64,000 nt of DNA, from the NCBI GenBank assembly GCA_963666425.2, contig OY762825.2, positions 1,408,001 through 1,472,000 of the forward strand, read 5' to 3'. Position 1 is the first letter of the stretch; each line of letters begins with the position of its first letter. Of this stretch, positions 48,061 through 58,055 are shown piece after piece. The DNA is from Bacillota bacterium (GTDB taxonomy: Bacteria > Bacillota > JAAYKD01). Position numbers and translations under genes: made by a program. The notes below the pieces were generated by a model that saw nothing but the letters and a program-made list of their open reading frames with translations, searched no databases and was not told where the DNA came from.

Positions 48061-50182
48061 CACTTGGTTCCTCCCAATATCGTTTCCGGAGCCAAAGCGC
48101 AAATCTCATCACAAAATAAGCGCCGAGCCCCAGGCAAACGCCCAGTAAGATGCCCCAGAGGCCACGCTCAATAGCAATCATCATTCCGGAACGCACATGA
48201 GCAAAGGAATTCACCACGGAGACCCAACCAACGGTTGCCATGGCCAGCAGCGGTCCCACCAGGAAGGCAAAGCCGGCGGCTAAAATGCCGGGGATCAGCA
48301 GAGACGCCGGGTAGCCGATCAGGAATTCCTTGATCCGCGGTCTTGCTACCAAGACCTTCTCCAAGAACGCGCGCATCTGCAGCTCCAGGGGGCTGATGCT
48401 GCTGACGGCAGCGTTGCCGGAACGCAGCAGATAATAATAAGCGGCAAAGAGAGCGACTCCGGTGATCGTCAGCCACATCACACTAATCGGGCTGCCGAAT
48501 AAACTCTTGATATCGCTGCGAATTTCCAGCCAGCCGCGTTTGCCGGCCGGTTTGTGGAAGCTGTAACCGTAACGCAGGAAGAACCACAACCCTAAGATCA
48601 GCAGCGGCAGGATGAAGCCGGCTTTTACACCGCGGAAATACTGCAGTTCCAGCATAAAGTTGTTGTCACTCATCATGATTCCCAGCAAAATACCGCCGTT
48701 CAGGGCAATCAGGAAGCTGCCGAGAGCCGCTTTGATGCCATAAAACAGGACACCGCCGGTTTTTAAATTTTTCGGCATTTCTTCCAGGTAGCGCATGGCA
48801 AAAATACCCGCCAGGACCGGATAAAGCACCTGCACCGCAAAGGCAAGCAACTGCCGCAGCGTTACCCAGCTGCCGGCGACCGTGCCGCCGGAGCGGGCCA
48901 GATAACCAACCGCCAGGGCTGCCGCAGCGGCGAGTGCCGATAAGATCAGCCAGTACTTGGTTTTGCCTTCCACACCCCACTGCATTAAAAGCAAGACAGC
49001 GGAAAGCGCCAAGGCCAAGGGAAGCAGGATCATGCGTCCGGCTAAATGGAACGATTCAATCGAACGCGCCGCCCCCACGGTATAACCGGAGTTTTCAATA
49101 CTGGCGACCGCGGTTTTCACCATGGCCTGATTCTTGCTGAGGATTTCACTGGTAATCACGGAACCGTTGGTAAAGAGCCGCAGATACATGATCCGTATGT
49201 TGCGGTCTACCGCAGAGCGCTGCCAGCGTTCCGCAATGCCGTCATAGGTCAGCCAATTCTTTTTATCCAATTCCGCCCGCTGGATGGAATAGACGCGGAC
49301 CGCCTGAAAATCCGTTGCCTGCAGCAGCGCGCTGTCGCCGGTCAAACGCAGACTGTCCAATTGGGTGGCATTTTCTACCAAACCGTAATTCCAGCCGTAT
49401 TGGTTGAGAATCTCTATAAAAGCGTTGAAAGCGCCATCTTGTGGGATTTTCTCATACGCCACACCGCTAAAATCGGTGGTGCCGGGCAGCACTTTACCGG
49501 TAGCAATGATATTCGAAACCTTGCCGCAGGCAATCAGCGGCTGATAAAGAGCACGCAGCTGCGCCGCTGTGATGCCGGGCATTTCTGCGGGCCGCGGTTC
49601 AATCAGGAAGCCCAACGCCAGATATTCCTGCAGTTCGGTTTGGTCATACCACAAACCGGCTGTTTTATAAACATCCCAATAAGCGGAAGGAATTTCTAAG
49701 ATCCCCATCTTGTCGTTCTGAAAGCTGCGCCAGCCAAAATGCTGAATCGGACCGGACAACGACGCGGTGATTTGAGCAAACATCGTCAGGTTCTCCGTGA
49801 CGACATAGCGGCTCATCGTTTTTAAATTGTTCTGCAAAAGCAGAGCAAAGCTGCTTTGCCCGTCGGTACGCAGCGCATTCGCCGCTTCAGGATAATCCAA
49901 CACGGTCAGATCGCCGCGCTTCTCCAGATCTTCAAAGGTTTTCTGATTCAGCGTAGCCGTGGTCGCGCCGGCGGCTTTAAACCCAGCCAGCGCATCCAGA
50001 TATGCTTGCCGATCGCCGTAACCCGCGGCGGCGAAATAGATCTCTTCGGTATCCAGAGAGATCTCGACCGATTTGGCCTTGCCTTCTGTCTGAATTCTCT
50101 CATAAGCGGTAAACCAGACAGGCAGCATCGAGAGTACAATCAGTAGAATCAGAAGTTTTTGCAGACGTTTAAAATTAAGCAT
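48035..50182 (-). CDS. DUF5693 family membrane protein
   Basis: DRNIR, FRGVK, YLLRSGN, LE..R..LE..L.ARPRIKEFLIGYP, NSFAH; adjacent to csaB. Confidence 0.85.
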   Translation of the reverse strand: MLNFKRLQKLLILLIVLSMLPVWFTAYERIQTEGKAKSVEISLDTEEIYFAAAGYGDRQAYLDALAGFKAAGATTATLNQKTFEDLEKRGDLTVLDYPEAANALRTDGQSSFALLLQNNLKTMSRYVVTENLTMFAQITASLSGPIQHFGWRSFQNDKMGILEIPSAYWDVYKTAGLWYDQTELQEYLALGFLIEPRPAEMPGITAAQLRALYQPLIACGKVSNIIATGKVLPGTTDFSGVAYEKIPQDGAFNAFIEILNQYGWNYGLVENATQLDSLRLTGDSALLQATDFQAVRVYSIQRAELDKKNWLTYDGIAERWQRSAVDRNIRIMYLRLFTNGSVITSEILSKNQAMVKTAVASIENSGYTVGAARSIESFHLAGRMILLPLALALSAVLLLMQWGVEGKTKYWLILSALAAAAALAVGYLARSGGTVAGSWVTLRQLLAFAVQVLYPVLAGIFAMRYLEEMPKNLKTGGVLFYGIKAALGSFLIALNGGILLGIMMSDNNFMLELQYFRGVKAGFILPLLILGLWFFLRYGYSFHKPAGKRGWLEIRSDIKSLFGSPISVMWLTITGVALFAAYYYLLRSGNAAVSSISPLELQMRAFLEKVLVARPRIKEFLIGYPASLLIPGILAAGFAFLVGPLLAMATVGWVSVVNSFAHVRSGMMIAIERGLWGILLGVCLGLGAYFVMRFALWLRKRYWEEPSDDNKQTEL

Positions 50183-51932
50183 GCTGATCCGTTCCTTTCA
50201 CAGTGGCATTGGGTTCCGATTCCGGTTCGGTTTCCGGTTGATTATTTTCTTCTTTTGGCTTTACTTTTGCCAAAATCCAGGTCAAGGCAAGAAAGGCAAT
50301 CAATCCCAGCAGGCTGCCCAAGACCAAACCCCAGCCGGTACGCTGCAGAGATAATAAAAAGGGTGTATGCAAATGCATATAGGTATTGAAGATCGAAACC
50401 TGCCCGGTGGCAGCCAGCAGCAGGGCCAGAAAACTCCAAGCCGGCTGCCAAGCCAGCAGCGGCAGGATCAGTAATACCGGATAACCGATCAGGAATTCTT
50501 TAAAACGGGGGCGCACCCCAAAGAAACGGTCCAAAGCCTGCCGCAGCCACAATTCAAAACCGCTGACGGCTCCGGTTTCATTACCGCTGCGCAGAATATA
50601 AAAACCGATGCCGGCCAGCGCAATGATACCCACGATCAGCGTTTTCCAGGTCAGGCGTTCTTTCAAACGGCTCAGCTGCTGGCCGTGTTCCGTCTGCTGC
50701 CACAGCCAATAGGCGGCAATTAAGACGAGCGGCAGCAGGTACGCCAGCTTGACACCCCGAAAACTGCGGGCTGCCAGCAAATAGGCGTTTTCCGATAAGA
50801 GGGCGTTGCCCAGGATGGCGCCGCTTAAGGTCAGGGCCGTCACAGCCAGCATGCCAAGCAATGCTGTGCGCAATTGAGTCGCTCTGCCAGGCGGCGGACC
50901 ATTGTGCCATTGCCGTAAGTATTTTTGGTAAAGGGTCAAACCCAAAGTGGGAAAGACAATCGCCGCCAGCAGCGCCATGCCTTCCAGTAAAAGATAACCG
51001 GAGATCCATAGGTTGGTATAACAAAAAGACGCCAATAAGAGCGCGCTTAAAGCAAAGGCATACAATAAGGGTTCTGAGACACGGGGGAACCAGGCGGCAA
51101 ATAGAAGCGCCGCGGCAGCCAGAATTCCTGCCGATAAATAGAGGAAGGGCTGAAATTCCACACCAACCACCGGCAGAGAGGCCGCTTTGCCTAAGGTATA
51201 ATCCTTTTCCAGGAGATCAGTCTTGGTTTGCGTGATCCACTGCTGCAGCGAAGCCAGTTCATTGCCGGCAGTCATATCCATGTGCTTAAATGGTTTGAGA
51301 AATAAAATCCTGACACTGCGGTCGGTAACCGCCAGCTGTAATTCTTCTCTGGTATCATAGGGGTAGCCGGGATGGATGCGGATGGCCTGATAACGATTGG
51401 CAGCTAAATAGTAATCCAGTCCCTCCTGCTCGCCTAAGAACTCTACAATTCCCAGCGGATGACCCGCCATGGCTAAAATTTGCGCGGCAGACAACATGGC
51501 TTCATCGTCGCCCCAGCCATAGGCTTCATAGCCGCTGAAAAATAGCTTACTGCTGTTCGGCAGCAGCAATGCGGCATAGAGAGTCGCTTGCACATCGGTA
51601 TAGCCCTTGGCCGCTAAGGTATTGGATAATTGCGGTATCAGCATCAGATCGTTGGCTTTGGCATAAGTCAGCAGATCCGCATTGGGTGCCAGGGCATCTT
51701 CATCCAGCAGAACCAGCGTCGTCATACCCCAGTCTTGCGCTTCTGCCACCAACTGCAGCGTTTCCATTTGACAGCTCGCAGCGATTGCTTGCAGATCGCC
51801 ATATTCCAAGGCAATCTCAACCGCTCGGTTTGCTTCCTCGTATGGAACCCGGATGGCTAATTGCTTGCCGGCCATAACGAGAGCCGCCACCAGCACGATC
51901 CAGAGGGGAATATAGCGCAATCGTTTTATCAT
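50175..51932 (-). CDS. DUF5693 family membrane protein (second paralog)
   Basis: DRSVR, FRGVKL, YILRSGN, RPRFKEFLIGYP, NTYMHLHTP. Confidence 0.85.
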   Translation of the reverse strand: MIKRLRYIPLWIVLVAALVMAGKQLAIRVPYEEANRAVEIALEYGDLQAIAASCQMETLQLVAEAQDWGMTTLVLLDEDALAPNADLLTYAKANDLMLIPQLSNTLAAKGYTDVQATLYAALLLPNSSKLFFSGYEAYGWGDDEAMLSAAQILAMAGHPLGIVEFLGEQEGLDYYLAANRYQAIRIHPGYPYDTREELQLAVTDRSVRILFLKPFKHMDMTAGNELASLQQWITQTKTDLLEKDYTLGKAASLPVVGVEFQPFLYLSAGILAAAALLFAAWFPRVSEPLLYAFALSALLLASFCYTNLWISGYLLLEGMALLAAIVFPTLGLTLYQKYLRQWHNGPPPGRATQLRTALLGMLAVTALTLSGAILGNALLSENAYLLAARSFRGVKLAYLLPLVLIAAYWLWQQTEHGQQLSRLKERLTWKTLIVGIIALAGIGFYILRSGNETGAVSGFELWLRQALDRFFGVRPRFKEFLIGYPVLLILPLLAWQPAWSFLALLLAATGQVSIFNTYMHLHTPFLLSLQRTGWGLVLGSLLGLIAFLALTWILAKVKPKEENNQPETEPESEPNATVKGTDQHA

Positions 51933-52183
51933 CGTTTCTCCATCTCCAGCAATTCTTTTCCATGCTTGATCCTATTTCTTGCCCACTCAGGCATAATGAT
52001 TATGGTTTCCACCTCTGCGCCGGAAAACCCTTTTTCCTGCGCTGCCTTTCTCTGCTTCAGCACGGCCAATTGCGCGCACCTGCTCGCGCTGGTCAAGCCG
52101 CTGAAAAGATGCTATACTAATGGTGTGATACAAAATAAAGACAGCAGCGCAGCACTGCGCTGATCAAAAATGAGGTGTTTCTT

Positions 52184-54412
52184 ATGGCGAAAACATTGGT
52201 TCTGGCCGAAAAGCCGTCAGTCGGACGCGAATTGGCTCGGGTCCTGGGCAGCAATCAGAAAATGAACGGTTATCAGGAAGGTCCGCGCTATCTGGTGACC
52301 TGGGCTTTGGGCCATCTGGTGACCCTGGCAACCCCGGAAGAATACGATAAAAAATATGAAAAATGGGAACTGGAGGTGCTGCCGATCATCCCGGAACCGA
52401 TCAAGCTGGTGGTGATTCCGGAAAGCGCCCGTCAGTACAACGTTGTCAAACAATTGATGCAGCGGCCGGATGTGACCGATCTGGTGATTGCCACCGATGC
52501 CGGCCGCGAAGGAGAATTGGTTGCCCGCTGGATCATGGAAAAAGCCAATTGGCGTAAACCGGTGCAGCGCCTATGGATCTCTTCCCAAACCGATCTGGCC
52601 ATCAAAGAAGGCTTTCAAAAATTGAAGCCTGGCCGGGAATACGAAAACCTCTATCATTCCGCCCAGGCGCGCTCGGTTGCCGACTGGTTGGTTGGCTTTA
52701 ATGTTTCCCGTGCTCTCACCTGCCGCTACAATGCCCAACTTTCGGCCGGACGGGTACAGACGCCCACTCTGGCTATGATTGCAGGCAGAGAAGAAGAAAT
52801 CCGCCGCTTCCAACCGCAGCCCTTTTACACCATCACCGCCCGCTGCAACGGCTTTACCGCCACCCGGCGCGATCACAGCAACAATACAAGACTCAGCGAT
52901 CTTGCCTTAGCGGAAACAATCACCAATAAATGCCGTCAGGCCAAACAGGTTCAGGTCAGGCAGATTAAAAAAGAGCAGAAGCGGGAAGCACCGCCTTTGC
53001 TGTTCGATTTGACCGAACTGCAGCGGGAGGCCAACCGCCGTTTTAGTTATACCGCCAAGCAAACCCTGCAATTCATGCAGCGCTTATACGAAGAGCATAA
53101 ACTGCTCACCTATCCGCGCACCGATTCGCGCTATTTAAGCAACGATATCCTGCCTACTTTAAATTTACGCCTGCGTTCGCTGGCCGCTTCGGCCGCCTAC
53201 GGCAAACTGGCGGCGCCGTTTGTCAGCAAAAAAATCACCGCCAAACCGCGCTTTATCAATGATGCCAAGGTGACCGATCACCATGCTATTATTCCCACCG
53301 AACAGCCGGTCAATTGGCTGAATCTGACCGCCGATGAAAAACGCATCTACGATCTGGTCGTCCGCCGCTTTTTGGCCGTGCTCAGCGAAGATTTTCTCTA
53401 CGAGCAAACCGAAGTCACGCTCGATTTGGCCGCTGAGATTTTCACCGCCCGCGGTAAAGTGGTGACTTCAGCGGGTTGGAAAAATATCTATGACCAAAGC
53501 TTGTTTAGCAGCAATGAGGAATCGGACGACGAAGAGGAGGAGGAAGAGGATCGCAAGGACAAGCAGCAAACCCTGCCGCCGCTGCAGGAAGGTCAGCGCC
53601 TGCCTGTAACGGAAGTGCAGCTGCTGACCGGCAGCACCAAACCGCCCAAGCGTTATACCGAAGCCACCCTGCTTTCGGCCATGGAGCACCCGGCCAAGTT
53701 TATGACCGACAACAAACTGCAGAGCATCATCGAGGAAGTCAACGGCATCGGCACCCCTGCCACCCGTGCGGAAATTATCGAACGTCTCTTCACCGCCAAT
53801 TACTGCGAGCGGCGCGGCAAAGAGATTTTTCCGCTCAGCAAAGGCGAGCAGCTGCTGAAATTGGCTCCTTCCGATCTGAAATCCCCCACCCTGACGGCAG
53901 AATGGGAACAGAAACTGACGCTGATCAGCAAGGGTACGCTGAAAGACAAGACCTTTATCGACGAAATGAAAGCATATACCCAAAAGCTGGTCAACGATGT
54001 CAAGCAGTTTGTGGGTGATTACCATCATGATAATATGACCCACACACGCTGCCCCAACTGCGGCAAATTCCTCTTGGAAGTCAACGGTAAGAAAGGCAAA
54101 ATGCTGGTCTGCCAGGATCGGGAGTGCGGTTATCGCGAAAACCTTTCTTTCCTGAGCAATGCCCGCTGCCCCAATTGCCATAAAAAGCTGGAAGTCTTCG
54201 GCGACGGCGAGAAAAAGATCTATTCCTGCAAATGCGGTTTCCGGGAAAAATACGATCGCTTCAATCAGATGCTGTCCGAAAATAAGCAGCATGCATCCAA
54301 AGCGGAGATTCAGCGTTTCGAGCAGGAACAGTCTCGCCGCAATGCCGCCAGCGATACGTCGGCGTTTGCCTTGGCCTGGCAAAAAGCCCACGAGAAAGAA
54401 GAAAGCAATTAA
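52184..54412 (+). CDS. topB: DNA topoisomerase III
   Basis: LAEKPSV, ATDAGREGE, SAGRVQTP, TYPRTDS, DHHAIIPT, GTPATR, C-terminal Zn ribbons. Confidence 0.95.
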   Translation: MAKTLVLAEKPSVGRELARVLGSNQKMNGYQEGPRYLVTWALGHLVTLATPEEYDKKYEKWELEVLPIIPEPIKLVVIPESARQYNVVKQLMQRPDVTDLVIATDAGREGELVARWIMEKANWRKPVQRLWISSQTDLAIKEGFQKLKPGREYENLYHSAQARSVADWLVGFNVSRALTCRYNAQLSAGRVQTPTLAMIAGREEEIRRFQPQPFYTITARCNGFTATRRDHSNNTRLSDLALAETITNKCRQAKQVQVRQIKKEQKREAPPLLFDLTELQREANRRFSYTAKQTLQFMQRLYEEHKLLTYPRTDSRYLSNDILPTLNLRLRSLAASAAYGKLAAPFVSKKITAKPRFINDAKVTDHHAIIPTEQPVNWLNLTADEKRIYDLVVRRFLAVLSEDFLYEQTEVTLDLAAEIFTARGKVVTSAGWKNIYDQSLFSSNEESDDEEEEEEDRKDKQQTLPPLQEGQRLPVTEVQLLTGSTKPPKRYTEATLLSAMEHPAKFMTDNKLQSIIEEVNGIGTPATRAEIIERLFTANYCERRGKEIFPLSKGEQLLKLAPSDLKSPTLTAEWEQKLTLISKGTLKDKTFIDEMKAYTQKLVNDVKQFVGDYHHDNMTHTRCPNCGKFLLEVNGKKGKMLVCQDRECGYRENLSFLSNARCPNCHKKLEVFGDGEKKIYSCKCGFREKYDRFNQMLSENKQHASKAEIQRFEQEQSRRNAASDTSAFALAWQKAHEKEESN

Positions 54413-54414
54413 GC

Positions 54415-54506
54415 AAAAAAAGCACCCGTCCGATGAGATACCAACCGGCAGTTCCCTCTGAAAAGAGGCAGCTGCGCCGGATCGTTCTCACTGGGCGGGT
54501 TTTTTT
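54415..54506. terminator. Long hairpin / bidirectional terminator between convergent genes
   Basis: A-run, ACCCGTCC/GGGCGGGT, TGAGA/TCTCA, CCGG/CCGG, CCTCT-GAAA-AGAGG, T-run. Confidence 0.7.
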
Positions 54507-54547
54507 GCCGCTTTGCTCAAGGGGGAAAAAGCCAGACGGCGCTTGAA

Positions 54548-55402
54548 CTAGGACGTTACCTTGAATTTGGGCTGCGCATCGGTCGCCAGCAAGCGCTGCC
54601 AGAAAGGGCTGCAGGCTTTTACCATTACCGGGACAAATTCCGTAAAGCTTTGCAGCAGCGGGCGCAAACTTGAATAATGCTGAAAAGGGTATTGCGCAAA
54701 CACTTGGCTGCAGGCTGCTGAGATTTGGCTGATTTGCGCCGCAAAGGGTGTATCCCGCAGCGGCTGCAGAATATTTTCTCGTTCGCTGCAAGAATCCAAA
54801 GCCAGGGAGCCGCAGAGATAAATGCAGGCTAAGAAGGTCGCTTCAAAATGTGCTTTACGTTCTTCCTGTCGATTGGCAGAGAACGAGGTCATCGTGCGGG
54901 CCAATAACCGCTGTTCGGATAGCAAACCGGTGGTTTTTGCCTGCAGTAACTGCAGCGGTTCCGATTCCGCTGCCATGCGGGTGGCGTAATATTCATCCCA
55001 GACGCGGTAAAAAAAAGTCGTATAATCGGAAACAGCGGCATAAAACTCCCCTGAGATACTGCCCCGGATGGCCTTGAGTCGATTGTTGTTGTCGACATGC
55101 GCCAACTCATGCTCTACCGTATTCTGCAGCAAACGGTTCGCTTCCCGATCCTGCCAGCTGTTTTGCCACAGCACTTCAGAGATGAGAATATAGGATTCAC
55201 CATTTTTGCGGCGAATGAACTCACCGCCGTATTGGCTTAAAAAAAGCTTGGGGGTAAAGAGAATGCCGCTCAAACCGCTTAAATCCAGCGCTCGGCTGAG
55301 GACAAAGGGTTCCAGCCACTGACGAAGCAGTTGGCTGCGTTCCGGGTCTTCCCGGTAGGCAGTATCGTCCACGGCAACAAAGCAAGAAAAGCGATCGCTC
55401 AT
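54548..55402 (-). CDS. Hypothetical protein with HExxH zincin-like motif
   Basis: VEHELAHV plus downstream WDEYYA; ATGA overlap with the upstream gene. Confidence 0.6.
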   Translation of the reverse strand: MSDRFSCFVAVDDTAYREDPERSQLLRQWLEPFVLSRALDLSGLSGILFTPKLFLSQYGGEFIRRKNGESYILISEVLWQNSWQDREANRLLQNTVEHELAHVDNNNRLKAIRGSISGEFYAAVSDYTTFFYRVWDEYYATRMAAESEPLQLLQAKTTGLLSEQRLLARTMTSFSANRQEERKAHFEATFLACIYLCGSLALDSCSERENILQPLRDTPFAAQISQISAACSQVFAQYPFQHYSSLRPLLQSFTEFVPVMVKACSPFWQRLLATDAQPKFKVTS

Positions 55403-56610
55403 TCTATTTCGTCTCCGTTGTTTTTTTCGTTTTCTTCGTTTTCTGCGAGCGCGGCAAACAGGTTTTTCTCATAGAGATGCTTCTCGTCCAGGCGGGCGTG
55501 CACAATTTCCCGCAGTAAAGCGTAGAGTACCGAGACCAGAGGAATGAACAGAAGCATTCCCCAGATGCCCCACAACGTGCCGCCCACGCTGACAGCCAGC
55601 AGTACCCAGATAGCCGGCAGGCCGACGGAATTTCCCATCACCCGCGGATAAATCAAATTGCCTTCCACTTGCTGCAGAACCAGGAAGAGAATGAGAAACC
55701 AAAATGCCTTGAGGGGATCGAGCATTAAAATCAGGAAAGCGCCGATCACACAGCCAATAAAAGCGCCGAAGACCGGAATAATCGCCGTAAAGCCAATGGT
55801 CACGCTAATCACCAGGGCATAGGGGAAACGGAAAACCGTCATACCAATTAAAAACATCATGCCAAGGATGAAGGCTTCCAGGCATTGTCCGGAGAGAAAA
55901 CTGGCAAAAATCTTAGAAGATAGGGTACAAATTCGCAAGATGTTTTCGGTATGGGAACGCGAAAGAAAAGCATACAGCATTTTAGTTACTTGCCGACCCA
56001 ATTCTTCCTTTTGCAGCAGCAGATAAATGGCAAAGACGATGGACAGCACAAAGGTCAGCATACCGCTGAAAATAGAAGTGACGACCGAAACGGTTGAGTT
56101 AAAAATACCGCCTAAGGAGGTTTCGGCAAATTTAGAAATAGCACTATAAATACTGTTCCAATCAAACTGTAGGTCTCGCACCCATTTCACCGCATCCTGG
56201 AATTGCCAGGATGCCAAAGAGTCTTCCAGCCAGATTTTAAATTGATCGAAATAGCCCGGCAGGTTTTTTTTCAGGACCATTAAGGTATCCGTCAGTTCCG
56301 GAACAACCGCAACCATGACAATGGCAATGATGGCAGTCAGGAAAATCACGGTCAGCAGAAGGCTAAGCACGCGGTGGCATTTTTTGGGCAGGGGCAGTCT
56401 GCGCTTGCTGAAAATTTCCCGCTCCACTGTTTGCATCGGCACATTGACAATAAATGCGATGATGCAGCCCAAAATAAAAGGGGCCAGTAATCGAATGAAG
56501 AGGAGAAAAAAACGCCAAATCGCGTGCAAATTCTGCAGTCCCCAGAGCAGCAGAATACCGGCTGCAATGATCTTAAACCAATACATGAAATCATGTTGAT
56601 TGTTGTCCAT
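55399..56610 (-). CDS. AI-2E family transporter
   Basis: PFILGCIIAFIVNVPM, FLSGQCLEA, IPVFGAFIG, QQVEGNLIYPRVMG.SVGLP. Confidence 0.92.
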   Translation of the reverse strand: MDNNQHDFMYWFKIIAAGILLLWGLQNLHAIWRFFLLFIRLLAPFILGCIIAFIVNVPMQTVEREIFSKRRLPLPKKCHRVLSLLLTVIFLTAIIAIVMVAVVPELTDTLMVLKKNLPGYFDQFKIWLEDSLASWQFQDAVKWVRDLQFDWNSIYSAISKFAETSLGGIFNSTVSVVTSIFSGMLTFVLSIVFAIYLLLQKEELGRQVTKMLYAFLSRSHTENILRICTLSSKIFASFLSGQCLEAFILGMMFLIGMTVFRFPYALVISVTIGFTAIIPVFGAFIGCVIGAFLILMLDPLKAFWFLILFLVLQQVEGNLIYPRVMGNSVGLPAIWVLLAVSVGGTLWGIWGMLLFIPLVSVLYALLREIVHARLDEKHLYEKNLFAALAENEENEKNNGDEIE

Positions 56611-57010
56611 AGCGGTTTCACTCCCATCCTATCGATTTCTATTTTTATCATTCATGCACGACAGTTATTCTTAAATATCTTAATTCGTTCCGATAACTGC
56701 CATTTCCTGCAAAAGCAAATCAATACCTGTTTTTCTACCCTGCTTCTTGCTCCGGTATGTTCCAGAAAAAAGCGTTCTTCTGTCTAATTCCTACGCATTA
56801 ATCAGCAATTTATAGTAAGTAAATATAAATATAATATTTTTTAATTTTGTTTTAAATATTAATTTATTCAGCAAGAAATTCGTAGCAACTATTCGCCCTG
56901 TCAGAATATTAACATTTAATTTTCAATAAAAATCGTCTGATTTTTCAATTTTACCATACAATTGACATAATTCTGCTTGCTTTTTTTTCATACTAATTTA
57001 ATTAAATTCC

Positions 57011-57039
57011 TTGACATTACACCATATAAGCGATAAGCT
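57011..57039 (+). promoter_or_regulatory. Sigma-A promoter of the membrane-cluster/peptidase operon
   Basis: TTGACA-17 bp-TAAGCT, preceded by a very AT-rich upstream region. Confidence 0.6.
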
Positions 57040-57122
57040 AGGCTTCGTAAAGTGCCAGTATCCTAAAAAACTTTACAAAGGTAATCCATATTGCTGCGCT
57101 CATTCTGATCATCGTGCGTCGG

Positions 57123-57169
57123 AGGGGGGTGAAGTCTATCGTGTAGATGGCTTGACTCCCCCTTTTTTT
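57123..57169 (+). promoter_or_regulatory. Terminator-like hairpin in the 5' leader (possible attenuator)
   Basis: AGGGGG...AAGTC-TATCGTGTAGAT-GGCTT...CCCCCT followed by a T-run, about 44 nt before the start codon. Confidence 0.55.
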
Positions 57170-57212
57170 AATCCCTTCATTCAAGACAGCAATAAAACCG
57201 GAGGTGACTTTT

Positions 57213-57992
57213 ATGCCTATTTTCAGTGGTCAATTGATTGTGATGCTGATCCAAGTATCCATCGCTGTCGCGATCTATTTTCTGATTCAACATGCGAAAG
57301 CAGGTCATCGTCTTCCTAAAATCCGACGCTTAGCCGGTCTGGATGCCATCGATGAAGCCATCGGCCGCGCAACCGAAATGGGACGTCCTGTCATTTTTGC
57401 CAATGGTTCCAATGGTTTGGATGATGCGCAGACAATCGCTTCTTTCCCCGTCTTATCTTATGCCGCTCATGCCTGCGCCAGATACGATACAAAGCTGATT
57501 GCCGTCAGCTATGTGGCTGCTGTTTTTCCGGTCATGGAAGCAATCGTACGTGCCAGCTATATTGAAGCAAATAAACAAACTTCCTATGACCCCGTCAGTA
57601 CTGTCCGCTTCATTGCATCCGGTTGGGGTGCAGCTGCTTCTGCCTTACAGGGGACGATGCGCCGCGAACGGGTCGCAGCCTGTCTCTACATGGGTGCTTT
57701 CTTCGCTGAAACTACAATGATTTGCGAAGTAGGCGCAAGTCTGGGTGCCATTCAAGTGGCAGGAACAGCGCAGACGGCTCAGTTGCCTTTCATGATTTCT
57801 TCCTGCGATTATACCTTGATCGGCGAAGAATATTATGCCGCCGGCGCTTACCTCTCCAAGGATGTTGTGCAGAGGGCGAATCTGATTGCCCTGGACTATG
57901 CCAAGGTGTTTGCAATCGGTTTGATCCTGCTCGGAGCACTGATGGCCACTTTAGGAAATGCCACTGCTCTGATCAGTTTTCTGATGTTATGA
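57213..57992 (+). CDS. DUF6754 domain membrane protein
   Basis: IRRLAGLDAIDEAIGRATEMGRPV, GAIQVAGT...QLPF, CDYTLIGEEYYAAGAYLS; GGAGGT RBS. Confidence 0.8.
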   Translation: MPIFSGQLIVMLIQVSIAVAIYFLIQHAKAGHRLPKIRRLAGLDAIDEAIGRATEMGRPVIFANGSNGLDDAQTIASFPVLSYAAHACARYDTKLIAVSYVAAVFPVMEAIVRASYIEANKQTSYDPVSTVRFIASGWGAAASALQGTMRRERVAACLYMGAFFAETTMICEVGASLGAIQVAGTAQTAQLPFMISSCDYTLIGEEYYAAGAYLSKDVVQRANLIALDYAKVFAIGLILLGALMATLGNATALISFLML

Positions 57993-58055
57993 TGAAAAAT
58001 CAAAAGCAATTTGGTCATTCTTTTCTTACTTGGATGAGGGAAAGGCAGGTGTCCT

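Noticed and set aside
53510-53565. Acidic run (EESDDEEEEEED) in TopB
   Set aside because: Acidic loops at this position are common in Firmicutes topoisomerase III.
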